Source: Eledone cirrhosa | Lineage: Eukaryota | Assembly: GCA_964016885.1 (NCBI GenBank) | Contig: OZ024741.1 | Span: 53,506,001 to 53,570,000 of the forward strand | Length of the DNA stretch: 64,000 nucleotides | Direction: 5' to 3' | Shown here: in pieces, positions 44,582-60,160 of the stretch | Numbering within the stretch: position 1 is the stretch's first letter | Layout of the letters: every line of letters starts with the position of its first letter | Made by a program: the position numbers and the translations under genes | The notes under the pieces: generated by a model | The model's input: only the letters and a program-made list of their open reading frames with translations | Told to the model about the DNA's origin: nothing | Database searches by the model: none

Positions 44582-44719
44582 GTATATATATATATGTATG
44601 TATATATATATATAAGGAATGTAGAGAATTGACACGCTGGTTTATATATATAAACAAATAGTAAAAAGGAAAAGAAATACAATAGAAAATGTTGGAGGGG
44701 TTTTGTCAGTATAATATCA

Positions 44720-46336
44720 AAATTATCAAAAGCAAAAGAGATCCGAAATCACTAAAAACATTACTCACCAATAATGCCAAATTACCTACCACAAACCCAC
44801 AAATCAACTGTCAAAAAATCTGGTCGCTCTAATTGTGGAACCTGCACTCACCTCATTGAAGGCAACACGTATACATTTCACTCAGGACAAAATTTTGCTG
44901 TGAAAAATCACTTCACTTGCACATCAAAAAATGTAATTGATGCCATTAAATGTAAAGGATGCATTGAAGATTATATATAACGAACTAAACTCACACTCAG
45001 AAAAAGAATGACAATTCATCGCCAACAATTGCGAGACCCTACACAAGACAGATACCAATCAGTGCACATCTAGACATATGCGCAAGTAATAAGACACCTA
45101 CATTCCAAGTCTTCCTATTTTATCTTTGCGCTGACAATACAACAGAACAAATACGAATAAATAAGGAAAATATGTTTATTCAAACATATAGACCAGCATT
45201 AAATATAGTTTAATATGCATTATCTGAACACCATAACATGCTAACCATCCAAACAGACACATACATACACACACACAAAACACCTATTTTAGAAAATAAA
45301 AACCAGAGCTAAAAAAACCTTAACATACGTTGATACTCTAACACCTTAACATGCTAACCACACACCCCCACAGACAAACACGTAACTGCCTCCCCCATTT
45401 CTGTTAACGAATTCATTTTCCAACACACACCCACAAACAAATATATATATATTCTCTCCATCTTAACATGCTAACTATACTCCCACACACACATACACAC
45501 ACATAACACCCCACACATACACAACTCCCTCCCCCATATCTACTAATAGAATCATCTTCCTACACACACACACACGCATACAAAAGCACACAAATAAACA
45601 TACATATCTCTACTTTCCTTATTTCAATAGAAAGTCTGAATTTTGACACCCCAGCACACCAGCCATATTCACTGAACCAGAACAATTCTCCCCATCCTGT
45701 TTTTCTTGACCAGTATCGTTTGTCTGGCACAACATTCTCTAAATGGTTACAAAAGAAATTCCCAAATACGGGCGCGAAATGTAATGTACTTGTTCACGTG
45801 ACAGTCATAATTTAATTTATAACCAATCAAATTACATTTATTTAAAAAAAGCCTTCGTGAGCCACTTCTTTTTTAAGTAAAAAGACATTCAAACACAAAC
45901 TGGCGCGAAAGATGATGTGCTTTTTCACGTGACTGCATCACCCTACCAAACTTCACTCATATTTGAAAAAACAATCTGCAAATATAATAAGAATTTTGTA
46001 ATGCGAACTGGCGCGAAATTTATTATACTTATTCACATGACAGTCATCAACCAACCAAATTACTTTTCTCAAAACCTAGCATTTCGAGCCACTTTTTTAC
46101 ATAGAAAACAGAAGTAACATTCAAACACCAACCAGATGTGAGAAAAACCACCAACCCTCCATCTCAATTCTACTTTTGAAAAGCAGAAGAACTGCGAAAC
46201 CGGTAAAGGACCCAAATAAATATATTTTTTTATTAAAAAAGACACCAGTTGCATTTTCGATTACATCTTTTTTCCTTATACTTTCACTCGTGTAGGACAC
46301 CTCGGTTTTTTTTTTCATTTTGTAAAAAAACCTCAC

Positions 46337-46343
<7 letters not shown>
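44720..46343 (+). mobile_element. Second, 5'-truncated copy of the Neptune PLE (linker, GIY-YIG, 3' region), without the 5S-SINE insertion
   Basis: Highly similar to 7420-9545; GRSNCGTC..TCTSKNVIDAIKCKGCIEDYI. Confidence 0.92.
46173..46208 (+). ncRNA. Hammerhead with U3-A8 core variant
   Basis: ctt-TTGAAAA-gcag(aagaa)ctgc-GAAA-ccgg-TA-aag. Confidence 0.65.
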
Positions 46344-46379
<36 letters not shown>

Positions 46380-46596
46380 TATGACCAGGGAGTGTAATAC
46401 GAAGTTACTGTAGGTTCACCTAGGTGAGACCTCGGGTTCATATGGCTCTGTTGTCGTCAAAGATACTTACAGCTTGTACAGATAAACAAAAAAACACACA
46501 CGACTCACAGCTTTCCTAGAGATGGTGACACGAATGGACCTGTTATTTTTCTATAAAAGTATTTTCTTTCGTTTGTGCCACTGCCCGACTCCTCCT

Positions 46597-46644
<48 letters not shown>

Positions 46645-46849
46645 AAGAAACATCCTGGTTAAATGCATCCTTTAATCTCTACGCCCGTTTCAATACAGGT
46701 GATTGTAATACATGCATAAGAAAACAATCGAAGATAGATAATTACCAATTATTAATAGAAGACATAATACATATAACCCCATTTCTTCGGGAAAGATAAG
46801 AAGTAATTATTTTTACCAATGAGGCAACATTAGTAAAGAGGCAGGGGTA

Positions 46850-47545
<696 letters not shown>

Positions 47546-47551
47546 TATATG

Positions 47552-47622
<71 letters not shown>

Positions 47623-47663
47623 TGTACAATGTACGTATATACACATATAAGCATCTGTATATA

Positions 47664-47781
<118 letters not shown>

Positions 47782-48421
47782 CCTTCATACATATATGACA
47801 CACACGGAGACACACATATGTATTAGCTTGAAGCTAAATTGTTCCCGAAAGATCTGTCTTTTCATCTTTAAATGTTCCGATTAATTGTTCCGATGATTTG
47901 TGAGATGTAACGACAACAAATCTTTGGTAAACAATTTTAGCTTTCAGCTAAATTTAAAGAAAATTGTACTTATATTCTGCTTTGCAATAAAGTGGCTTTG
48001 TTTTTGTTTTGTTTTATTTTTTCTTCTTGTCTATGTTCTCTGTTCCAACGAACACATACAAACACGTGCGCTCGGACAAAATTGCATATATATATATCTG
48101 TTGAAAGTTTAAATATTATTATCACGTTAAAAGTTTAGGAGTTAGGTAGTACTTACCAGAAACGTTTTATTGATCCTCCTACACAAGCATATCCGTTCGT
48201 GAATATCTATATATCATATGTATATATATATATAAGGAAATGTACTGTAAGTTGATATATTTATACAGATATATACATGCACATATATCTAACTATTTTA
48301 TATTTCCGATAGTATGCAAGAGCAGTATAAATTTTGAATAAATTTTAGCTGTGGGAAATCGTTTTTCAGGTTGCACCAATGATCTGAAAAATATAAAAGA
48401 GACATAAAGAATCAATACTGA

Positions 48422-48487
<66 letters not shown>

Positions 48488-51400
48488 GGCGACCTACGTA
48501 GTAAATCGTATCATCGTGAGCTCCGCAAAGGTTTGTTATTTCCGTTTGTTAAAAATTGCCATTTATGGAAAATTGTATTGTTAACTGTTTATAAGCGCAC
48601 ATACATTGTTTTCCGAAAAGGACACCCAAAAAGATTGGGGCCTTATGCCCAAAATTTAAACATTTATAATTATCAAAAAATTTTCTTAGAAATAAAAACA
48701 TGGAAGTCTCACAGCCGCACGAAGCTGACAGCCTTCCTCATAAACTAACACCTCACACCGACACCACCATTGTAAATATTACTACGTTTGCCAACACTAA
48801 AAATTTAATCAGTAGCAATATTTTAAATTTGTCTCAGGCAGACATTCATTTCCCGCCATTACCAATGACTGCAGGTGTTAAAGCCGCCACCACCACAACC
48901 ACCGCGACAACCACCACCACCACCACGACCGCGACAACAGAAACAAAAGGAAAAAATGAATCAACTCGTGATGTCGAAATATTTTCAACCAAAATGGACT
49001 CTTCCACACGGAATACCACTGACGTCACCACCACCACAACTGAAACTAACATTAATAATAACAAAAATAACGATAACAACAACAGCAACAATGACATTAA
49101 AAAAACCACCCTGAGTTTTGCCAGAGTAGCAAAACAGTGCGAAGCATTTACGGTAACTCAGGAGGAATTAGAAAATGCCTAAAAAATGGTAAAGAAAGAT
49201 GGGTACAGGGTCAGACCCCCCCCCCCCCACACACACACACACACACCACCACCACCACCACCACCCACCTAATAAAATGGAGCATCGGCGCCTATGCACC
49301 GTGTCGTATCGAACAATTAATGTAAAATCGCGCCGAGTGGAACGGGCATCCGAGTCCCAAATCCAAAAAGCTTTGGGACATGTATGGGCAAGAAAAACCC
49401 ACATCAGACGTAGGCAGAAGTATGGAACCGTGGACGTATTCTTTGAAACACCAGAGGGGGCTAGAGAACACTCCATGGCCCCATTAAGAAGTGACGACTT
49501 TACACTCGTCCCAAGCTATTGTGGCCAGCGACTCGTAAAGATCAGGGTGACCCACGTTCCACCGGCCATCGAAATTCCCTGGCTAATAGCGGCCGTCGTC
49601 GCCGGCATCGAAGCCAACACAAAGATAATAGCAATAGCAAAAGAAAAGCAGGAGAACTAATCCCGATCTGGGATGGAGCTCCTGATCCAAGCGGACCAAA
49701 AAAGCATTGAGATCCCAGAGGTAATAGACCTCACTGACGGCAGCCACCTCACCGTAATTGTCGAGGGCAGAAGGCCTAGGTGTGTCGTTTGAGGTGAAGG
49801 AACCCACCTAAAGGCTTTCTGCCCTCAGGCCAAAAGGTTGAGGCCACCTCTCCTACCCACCCCAGTGACTCAACCATCAACACCACCAGTAGCAGAGATG
49901 GCAGCAACAACTGTAGCAGCAACAACAGAAGCAACTATAACAGCAACAACCCCAGCAACAGTAGCAAAACCAACACCACCACCACCCAACGCTTCAGAAC
50001 TAGCACCAGCGCCTACACCATCCACCACGCCTACACCATCCAAACTAACGCCTGTGGAGGATTTTCCACTCCCCGGCCTATCACAACTGGAGACAGATTG
50101 TGACGACGAGGAGTGGGAAACGGTATCAGGAAAAAAGAAAAAAAGAAACCAAAAAAGAAAAAAATTCTCTTCCTTCCCCCTCCAAAAACAAAATACAGAG
50201 GGAAACAAATAAATTAACAAACAAAAAAGTTAGGACAGATATGCCACCATCCACACCAGCATCACCAACCCCATCATCCCAAACACCAACACCATCACCA
50301 TCATTAACCCCAACACCACCATCACCTACACCACAAAAGTCACCAAAATGCGAAACAGAAACAAACCCACAACAAACGCAAACAAAACAAAACAACCAAA
50401 ACGATACACACTACACAGCATTAAATTTGAACAACAAGCAACACAACACCAGCATCACAGAAAAAGACTACACAACAACCCAACAATTCACACCTCCCCC
50501 ACACATACAAATCACTCGCATCTCACAGAAAACGTACATAACACTAAAACAAAAATTCCCCAAAGACATCGGAGACTTCCGACAAGCACTCTCCATGAGG
50601 AGGCCAAAAGCAGTAAAAAGGATGGAAAAACCGTCCTTCCTCTACGAGAAGTAAGGTAAGTGGTCTTTCCCATCTTTTCTACTCCATTTCAACATGACCT
50701 CACTCAGAATAGGCAGCATAAATGCGCGTGGCTTGGGGTCGTCATGGAAGCAGGGCCACCTGCTCAGCGACCTAAGGTCACTAAACATAGATGTAGTGGC
50801 CATCAGCGAGACCAGAATCTCCGAAGCACGGGCCTTCGCACCGATCTTCAGCGGCTACGATGTGTACGCATCTCCCAGCCGTCCGGGATCGGGACTAGGA
50901 GTTGCTGTGCTTTTTCGGAGAGGTTTGGATCTTGCCATACGGTCCATCTTCCTGGACCCAGAAGGTAAGTTGGTGGTGCTGGACGTGACCAGCGGAGACG
51001 GGCAAGCTTTCAGGTTAGTGGCCGTCTATGCCCCGACAGGAGCAGGGCGGCCTGATTTCTTCCGGCGTCTGGAGACCTTTCTTGGAACGTCCCGCTCTTT
51101 AGTGTTAGTGGGCGACTGGAACGGGATCTTAGATGCAGGCTGGGAGTGTGTGGAATTAGCGGATAGGGGAGGAGGGTGTAAAAGCCTAGCAAACCTACTC
51201 AGACGTTTTCAACTGTCTGAGAGTTACCGTCTGGATTTCCGGAATGTACCAATGTGGACATGGACAAACCGCATCGGGTCATCCAGATCATATCTAGATA
51301 GGGTATTTTGTAGGGAAATAGATAGGTCTAGCATAGTCTGTCAACAATTCAAGATAGTCGACTACACGGACCACAAATTCGTCATCTGTGTGGTTGACTT

Positions 51401-52550
51401 AGATAGGCTTTATAGACGAGGACCCGGCTACTGGAAGCTAAAGGCGTCGTTAACAGCACGCAAGGCCTACAGACATGATTAGAGAACTAGTTAAGTGGGC
51501 GTTGGCGGGGGGCATCGTCAACAACAAATGGTGGTTTGCACTGAAAAGAGCGATTAGAATAGAGTCCATTAGGTTTAGTAAGGCTTTAGCAATAGAGAAA
51601 AATAGAGCAGAGGGACAACAAGTTACAAAATTAGATGAGGCGCTTAGTAAAGGCATCGTGACCGACATGCTTGCGGCGAAATTGGCTCTTGACCAATTCT
51701 TCAATGCAAAGCACGAAGGCTGCGTTGTCTGAGCTAGGATGCGTGCTCTCAGACACGAGGGGACGAAATTCGTTCGATGGGCCCGAGTGGCGGAGGCGCG
51801 TCGTAGCAACAAAATCACGATCTGTTCTTTGGAGGACCACGACGGGCGTATGTTACTCAATCCAGGGAAAATGTGCGGGTTTTCAGCGACACTTCGCTCA
51901 GCTGTTCGGGGGCAGCGGCAGGCCGGATCACGGGATGGACTTTAATGCCCACGTCAACAAACTGCTGTGACTATCGGCCAATGAGGCGGAGTGTTGCGAA
52001 AAGCCAATAACAACTGTTGTAGTACGGGAGTCAATGACTGGCAGCAGAACAGGACAATTCCCAGCTCTGTGATCCGAGGAGCGGTGGCGCTGCTGAGTAA
52101 AGACCAGAAGAAGGAGAACAATATAGATAATTTCAGATCCATAACTCTGCTAAATGCAGAGTTCAAAATTTTGGCCAAGGTGCTAGCAAAGAGGTTTGCG
52201 CTTGTCGTCGGTGGTCTGGGGGGAGAGGCACAGACATACGCCATACTAGACAGATCCATCCACGACAATCTCCACCTCATACGATACATCGTGGAGAGGG
52301 TAGCTAGGGAACCTGGCACTGGTGTGTCCTTGATCAATTTAGATCAGTCGAAAGATTTTACAGGGTCGACCCTCTTTATCTGGCGGCGGTCCCGAGGGCG
52401 GTCGGCTTTGGGCTCGTCTTCAAAGCTGGATCGCTGCAATGCACAGCGACATATGCTCTGTGGTGAGAGTGAACGGTCACCTTTCGGTGCCTTTCGACAT
52501 CATGCACTCGGTCTACCAAGGATGTTCCTCTCGTCTGCACAAACTGGAAA
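48488..52550 (+). mobile_element. Tx1/L1-like LINE, 3'-truncated, following (TTA)n
   Basis: Decayed ORF1 with zinc-knuckle remnant (RPRC..GTHLKAFCP) and ORF2 APE + RT start. Confidence 0.85.
50694..52550 (+). pseudogene. LINE ORF2: APE endonuclease and N-terminal RT, frameshifted
   Basis: SINARGL, ISET, VYAP, GDWN, WTW, SYLDR, TDH, GYWKL; NFRSITLLNAEFKILAKVLAKR, LINLDQSK. Confidence 0.88.
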
Positions 52551-52559
52551 CGTTTAGGG

Positions 52560-52790
52560 GCGTAAATTTTTGTAAGTACCGCGGTTTTGATTATGTATTT
52601 GGTTGTGTGGGATTTTTATCCTTCCCAGAACACTGATACAGACTTTATGTTTTCATCAACCACATTCTGGTTATTTCATCTCCAGATCTTTGTATTTAGT
52701 TTTTTCTATTTTCTTCATAGATATGTTGTCGTCTCTGGGATTGATACCTGAATTAGAAAGCATGCATAACAGCAAAGTTCGTGAACAACA
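52560..52790 (-). pseudogene. Possible C-terminal REL endonuclease scrap of another non-LTR element
   Basis: DDNISMKKIEKTKYKDLE resembles the EK..KY.DL motif. Confidence 0.35.
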
Positions 52791-54239
52791 TTCTATTATC
52801 ACGAACATTTCATTGGAATAAAGAGGACGAGAAAGCATTGAAACGTTAATGGATCTATGGATAAAGAAATGCTTTTGTCGCAATATTTGTGGGTGGGAGA
52901 CAGGATTATTGGTTTAATTGTGAGAGACGGAAATATTGCTGTAATTATAGGAAATAGGAGTGTTGCTTTAATTGTATGAATCAAAAGCTATGTTCTAACG
53001 GACGATGTCCAGAAGAATCCATTAGATCGACTGTTAGGTTATGACTAGTATAGCCAGCTCCCAAAAAGATCGAAAGACATGCTACTGAACACCACAGGAG
53101 TTTTTTCCCTCATCAATCAATAACGATAGTCTGTCATTCACCAAAGAAGAAGACGACGACGAAGATGAAGGTAAAGAAAGAACGAAAGAAGACGATGAAG
53201 ATCAAGGGAAAGAACGAAATAAAAATAAAAATAAGATGAATGAATGTATTGGTGGTGGTGCTTAATAGTCAATCAATCAGTTAACTTCCCTCCCAGATAA
53301 GTTACAGTTTGATTACATGTTAGGTTAGTATTAGTATCTAACGTAAGCAATTTCCACACGTATATCTGGTGTTGAAGAGGCGATAAATAAACGAATAAAT
53401 AGAACCCATCATAAGTTACAAATAAGTTATCATGAATTTTAAATTAAACCAGTAATACTTTAAATATAAATGACACAAAGAAGTCTATCGTCATGAAAAT
53501 CAAATTTCAGTAATTATCTATCAGCTAGATGTAATTAGATGACAATAAAATCATCTATCAACGTAATGTAAAATGTGCTAAAGAAACATCATTAGTTTTA
53601 TATCAGTAAATCATTTAAATAGCTTCATTTGATAGAAAACAACAGAAATACGGTCTCACGGAATTTGATATTTAAAATATGAGAGACAACTGAGTGTATT
53701 ACATAATGTATCATGGACGCTGCGTGGATGAATCGTTTCTTATTTTAGGCAATTATCATTTACCATAGCTTAGGGTCGACCCATGACTTGTGAGCTAAAT
53801 TGGATAGACGGAAAGAGATGGAAGCCCGTGCGATGGTCTGTACGTGTAATTCAAAGGGCCAGCGTTATAAAACACGTTTTACTCTGAATTTACCTGAGAA
53901 CTACATTAAGGGTACAGGCGTCTGAGACATTCGAACTTACCAGAGGCCATAGTAAATAAAACTTGCTCAAGGTGCTACGTAGTGGGATCAAATCCTCAAT
54001 CTTTTGATTACTTATCAAACTCCTTAACTATTCAACCATGATGCATCAATACAATACAATAAGACATTAGAGAACGAGGAAGCATTCACAAGATTACTTA
54101 ATCTGCTAGAAATACCAACTAAATTCCCTTAATTCATATCGTACCGCCGTAAAAGGAGAAAAGATCGACAAAAAAGAGAAAACAACAACAATATCATGAA
54201 ATATACGTTTACGAATATATATACAGAACACCCGCCAAT

Positions 54240-55830
54240 CTCATAAGAGTCGAACAACGAACCATCTTCATCTTACAGACCCACACTCCCCCCGGCCTGA
54301 ACCACCACCCTTAATCATTTAGCCTTCGACTGCCCCCCTCCCCCACATATATCCCCCACTAACACCACTAACACACACCCTCCTTTTCACCGCCCACCCC
54401 ACAACTAACAATACTAACACCTCCACCCCACACCCGACCACCCTTCCCCAACTAACATACTAACACCCCTCCCTTCTTCTCCCCCCTCCTTATCACACGC
54501 AAACACCCACCGGTACATATATACATGCGCTCACACTAAACACACACCCTACTACCACCACTAACCCTCACCCCCACACATCCACCCCACCACCCCGCAA
54601 CTAACATCACTAACACCCCCTGACCCCAAGCACACGAACACACACCCCCACTTATACCACCCACCCTACACGCAACTAACATCACTAACACCCCCAACTC
54701 TACGCACACGTACACACACACTCTCTTACACCACCCACTCTACACACCCTACCACCACTGACCCCCACTCACACCCGCATTCAACCCTTTCTCCACCTCC
54801 CGTATACTAACACCCACTAACACCCCCTTCACCACACACACACACCAGTACACTACACTCCCTCCATCGGCCCCCACACCCTTCTCTCCCCATTCCACCC
54901 ACACCCTTTCTCAAACACTCACTCATCCCACTAACACCTCTACTAATACACACACACCCCCTCTCACTCCAACTTTCACACCTACCCATCCTCTCCCCTG
55001 TCCACCGCACACACTGACACACCTTCACTTACCATTCTACCCTACTGCTGCTATGCCCTCTGACCACCTCTCCGCACACACAGACACACAACACTCCTCC
55101 TGCCTTGACTCTCTGACCACTTCCTGTTCCGCGCGCACCCCACATCTCCCCTCCTCCGACCAATCTCTTCACGGATTACACATATGTGAACCTTGATCCC
55201 GAGAATCCACCAAATCCCAGGATTTTACTCAGCATTCCACCACATCTTTTTACGGAATTACCTTTATGACTCACCCCACATACACACCCAAAAACATTTT
55301 TTTTCGCAAACGCCACCTACATCCACAACACGCATAAACACCACACACACACGAGCGTACCACCACATATTTACACATTCAGCCACCCGAATCTTCTCCC
55401 CCCACCCCTCTATCCACACACGCACACACACTCCGATCTACACCGCACCCCACACACACCTCTTCCTGAACATGCAACCTCATTCTTCCCCCAACCCTTG
55501 CTTTCACATACACACACACGCACACACACGTACACCTACACACACACACCACCTTCAGCCCTCCCCGCTCGGACACCCCGTTTCCCTCTCCCCACTCCAC
55601 CCGCCACCACCCCTACACGCCTCAAACCCTTCCACCACCTGTTTTACCCAATTTTAATTTTATTTTGATCATGCCTTTATTTTGAATTTCATTTGCACCG
55701 TTTCCTCTCACCCACTTTTTGCTATATGTCCTGCCCCCCCTACAGACCCTTTGAACTCTCTTCCCACACACTTTTCACCTGAAGAAGGGCTTATGCCCGA
55801 AACGTCGTTCCCCACCACCACCACACTCTC
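54240..55830 (+). repeat. C/A-rich low-complexity tract ending in a hammerhead motif (probable PLE 3' region)
   Basis: Strong C/A skew as in 7920-8300; hammerhead at its end. Confidence 0.5.
55776..55809 (+). ncRNA. Minimal hammerhead motif
   Basis: cac-CTGAAGA-agggc(ttat)gccc-GAAA-cg-TC-gtt; weak stem I. Confidence 0.55.
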
Positions 55831-55844
55831 TCTATATATATATT

Positions 55845-56600
55845 GGTAAAAGGAAAAGAAAATGCTGACAAATTGTTCCCAGGGGAAAATAGTTTAATTA
55901 GGAATAAGTAAAAATTAGTAATAAGTATTGGTTAGTATTCAGTTTTGGTTTTAAGTTTTTACCGGTTGCGCATTTCTAATGCTTTTCAAAAATAATTTTG
56001 AGATAGAGCGCCCGTGATGTTTGGTCTAATCTGATCAGTTTTGCAAATTCTACCTGTTTTATGTGAAAAAAAGTGGCTCCAGAGGTATTAAAATAAGTTT
56101 CGCGCCAATTCGTGTTGCAAAAATTCTTGTGGTCAAAACAATTTTGATTGGTCGGTAGAGGTTACGTGAATGTTAAAAATCGATTTTGCGCCAAATGTAG
56201 GTTTGTCGAAGAGTGTCTTTTTCTGCCTGATTGAGAAGTCACTGAAAAATAAGTCTTTCAAGACAAATATGTGTGTGTGTTTGTGTGTAGTAAAGAGGTT
56301 CATTGTCGTGATAATTTTCAGTAGGGATGTGTGTATGATTTGCAGATCGGTCAGTAGGAATGCGTCTGTACGTGTGTGGGGGATATGTTAGATATTTTTC
56401 AGCTCTTGTCTTATACGGAGAAGTTTGTGTGTGTGTGTGTGTGTGTGTGAGTGTATGTCTCTTTGTATGTCTCTTTGTATGTTACTGTACGCGTGTGTAT
56501 GTGTGTCTATATATGTGTGTGTATATGTGTGTATGTTTATGTGTGTGTGGGTGGACCAGTATTTTTGTGATACTTGTAAAAATGGTGTACATTATACGAT
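55845..56600 (-). mobile_element. Divergent relative of the Neptune PLE 3' region
   Basis: Reverse complement retains the ttgaaaagc..ccggtaaa motif (55956-55992), gagccacttttttt and ggcgcgaaa. Confidence 0.55.
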
Positions 56601-56753
56601 ATTTTCAGGAATATATATATTTTATATATATATATATATATAAAACATTATACTGAGCTAAAACTACGCTAATTAACAAAGCTATTCGTAAACGTATATT
56701 TCATGATATTGTTGTTGTTTTCTCTTCTTTTGTCGATATTTCCTCCTTTTACG

Positions 56754-56932
56754 GTCGTAGAGCACTCAGTCCATGGGATGAGTTAGGTAGAACTGGTTAC
56801 ACAACAGTTAGTTCACCATACCGAGAACAATTGTTTCACCTTAGTGGATCCTCAGCTCGTAATCGGTATGGTGAACTAACTGTTGTGTAACCACTTCTAC
56901 ATAACACGTCCCATGGACTGAGTGCTCTTCGA
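56754..56932. repeat. Inverted repeat, about 70-bp arms
   Basis: 56754-56824 is the reverse complement of 56863-56932. Confidence 0.85.
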
Positions 56933-56960
56933 CTACGGATATTACCTTCCAGTGTTCCAC

Positions 56961-57010
<50 letters not shown>

Positions 57011-57103
57011 ATATATATGGAAGCACCATAGCTACCATCATACACACGTATATATATATATATGTATATTATAAGTTCAAACGATGGTTAAAAGAGTTCC
57101 AAG

Positions 57104-57174
57104 TATTTTATTATGCGCATTTCAAAAACAAATATCATCATGGGATGATATCTGCGTTCTCATCAGATAAAATA
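57104..57174 (-). ncRNA. Type I hammerhead ribozyme
   Basis: Reverse complement: tattttat-CTGATGA-[long stem II ..gatatcatc/tgatattt..]-GAAA-tgcgca-TA-ataaaata. Confidence 0.75.
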
Positions 57175-57299
57175 GGGAGATATGATATGAAGGTTAAAAA
57201 ACACTTGTGAGCAGTGAAGTTTTAAATCAACGTATGAAAAAATAAAGTAAGATGGATATATGAGATTGGGAAAAAATGTTAGGAAGAGTGTGTTAGTGG

Positions 57300-57359
57300 T
57301 GTTAGTGGGGGATATGTGTGTGTGTGGTGGTGGTGGGGGGGGGGGGGTTAACAGGTCGG

Positions 57360-57415
<56 letters not shown>

Positions 57416-57478
57416 CCGACCTGTTAACCCCCCCCCACCACCACCACCACCACACACACACATATCCCCCACTAACAC
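57300..57478. repeat. Palindrome centred on a (TA)n tract
   Basis: 57300-57363 is the reverse complement of 57412-57478. Confidence 0.85.
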
Positions 57479-57496
57479 ATAAACATATATATATAT

Positions 57497-58181
57497 ATAT
57501 AATTGAATAAACAAGGGAGATGAACACTAATATAAAGAAGAAAAAAGCTGTATGTTTATATTAGTGTTCATCTCTCTTGTTTATTCAATTATAATACACG
57601 GCTCGAAAAGCTTTTTTCTTAGAGCTATTTAATTGTAAGAGACTACTCTGAGTTTCTAACTCACTATATATTTGTCGGCTCCATCATGTAGAGCTAATTT
57701 TAATGTCTTGTTAACCAGGCTGCTACTTTTAGTGGCATAGGATTTCGAGACATGCTGGGTTCCGAAGACACGTGCGATAACTATTACCGCACACAATTCA
57801 GTCTTCTAATAGTTTTAGAAGTGGAAGGATCACTAATTTCTCATCAACTACTGAGGAGCAGAGAAAAGTGCGGACTTCACTTAATAAGATGTTGCGAAAC
57901 AGTTTCCAACACTGTCTAGTTGTTACCAGGCGATTGCCCGATATAGTTCTGTTATTTTTATTAATTTTTATTAAATTAATACTTAAAATTAATTCTGACA
58001 AACCATATTACTGTAGTTAGTATTTTTTCACACCACCAAACTTAGTCGTTACGATTCGAACACGTGTATGTTTATTTGAGTGTTCATCTCTCTTGTTTAT
58101 TAAATTATATAACATGGCTCGGAAAAGCTTTTTTCTTAGAGCTATTTAATTGTAAGAGACTACTCTGAGTTTCTAACTCAC

Positions 58182-58185
<4 letters not shown>
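57497..58185. mobile_element. Short inverted arm plus partial tandem element (about 515-bp period) in (TA)n
   Basis: Hairpin 57497-57593; 57552-57665 is repeated at 58066-58183. Confidence 0.7.
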
Positions 58186-58218
<33 letters not shown>

Positions 58219-58410
58219 TCAGTATGAAACAGAGATCTGTCAGCTTATCTCACTTTGTTTGTTGAAAAAAGAAGTAAGTGACTTAGTCACTACTTTAAAA
58301 CAATAGCGTAGGGTCTTCAAAATGCTTTTAATGAAGTATACAATATATTGCCAAATACACTATATATACATTCATATATACATCGCTATTTCAGAGCACC
58401 AATTCTAATT

Positions 58411-58449
<39 letters not shown>

Positions 58450-58504
58450 ATATCTATATATATATATATCTATATCTATATATATATATATACATATATA
58501 TATA

Positions 58505-58733
58505 TAGTTTTGCGAGGTTTTTGATATGAAATCGTGTGTCGAAACAAATATTGTTGTACTTGGGGAGGGTCATATTTGTGTAATATTGCCAGAATTAATA
58601 ACAGAACACACTCACTGTTTGGTTGGTTTTCGCTTTTCGCTTCTGTGTCTTTTATATCGGTTAATTTAATTTATTCGGTCCTCAATGTTATTAATTCTGG
58701 CAATATTACACAAATATGACCCTCCCCAAGTAT

Positions 58734-58741
<8 letters not shown>
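58505..58741. repeat. Inverted-repeat element sharing its terminus with 3977-4068 and 12696-12788
   Basis: 58548-58602 is the reverse complement of 58686-58741; atgaccctcc..aag.a.aacaatat..gtttc.acacacgatttc. Confidence 0.75.
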
Positions 58742-58770
<29 letters not shown>

Positions 58771-58788
58771 TATATACATATATATTTG

Positions 58789-58825
<37 letters not shown>

Positions 58826-58901
58826 CGAAGGAGTTGTGGTAAGCAACCAGATGGACCATAACGCACCAGAGTTCTCAATACTTAGGGTAGTAGAGTGGGT
58901 A

Positions 58902-59027
58902 ATAGGAGAAAGTATGACCCCGACAGCTGCGCTCAAGCCGTTTGGGCGGCTATTTCTGGACTAAAGTCTTTAGTCCAGAAATACCCGTCGAAACGGCATG
59001 AGCTCTGCCGTCGGGGTCATACTTTCT

Positions 59028-59030
<3 letters not shown>
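58902..59030. repeat. Near-perfect hairpin; related solo fragment at 60888-60945
   Basis: ataggagaaagtatgaccccgac..ctggactaaag / ctttagtccag..gtcggggtcatactttctcctat. Confidence 0.85.
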
Positions 59031-59060
<30 letters not shown>

Positions 59061-59073
59061 TGTATATATACAT

Positions 59074-59252
59074 ATAATTGTTTCTATTTTGGCAGAAGGC
59101 CAGCAATAACCCAGTTCATTACTGGTACTTTATTTTATCGACCCGGTAAGAATGAAAGGTAAAGTTAACCTCTACAGGATTTGAACTCAGACCGTAAAGG
59201 GACGTAACTATGCTGGAAAGCATGCCGTCCGACCCTCTACCGATACTGCCAA
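59074..59252 (-). mobile_element. tRNA-derived SINE (family A)
   Basis: Homologous to 485-671. Confidence 0.85.
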
Positions 59253-59518
59253 TTCATATAATATATGTTTATCATATGTTCGGGATATATTACTAGAAAT
59301 ATACTTTGTGATCTTATCAGCTACATGGCAGTAGTTAGCTCCCAAATTGAGGTAATTAAAGAAGCGTTTGTGAACTCTCCCTCGAGTGTGTGCTGGTTTA
59401 TCTCGAAAAGCGAAGATGCTATACGCTTGGATTTTCTACAGTTTAAAAACCGAACTGTGTTTATAGACATATTCACACTCATATACATACACACCAACAC
59501 ACACACTCACACAGACAA

Positions 59519-59555
<37 letters not shown>

Positions 59556-59571
59556 ACTGTGTGTGTTTATA

Positions 59572-59619
<48 letters not shown>

Positions 59620-60064
59620 AGATCGCGTAAACTTGTCAATATTATCATATGTAAATATTATCTCACATTTAATAAAAAATATTTCAACCATGTAGTTCTA
59701 ATCAGAGCAACTGATGTACTATGTTCTCTTATCTAAAAAAATTTTTTTCCTTATTCAAATTATCACTAACAAAGTCTCCAGAACGCTTGCAGCGAGGCCA
59801 ATCAGAAAGGGTCGCTCTCTGTACGATATAAGTACAAAAATTTTCCTTAGACACATCAATAATTGTCATTAAATGTAAGAAAATATATACCTTATATATC
59901 ACCGAGGGAAATATAGGTAATAAAGAACCGTCATCAGAGATGAGAAAAATATAATAATGGTTTCTACAAGTCGTGCAGGGAAATAAAATAATATATGCCT
60001 TTAATAAACTATAACACACGTAATCACGCACACGAATAGACACAGATATAGACCCACCCACCCC

Positions 60065-60156
<92 letters not shown>

Positions 60157-60160
<4 letters not shown>

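Noticed and set aside
57850-57910. Hammerhead candidate CTGAGGA..GCGAAAC
   Set aside because: I could not find a convincing stem I or cleavage triplet.
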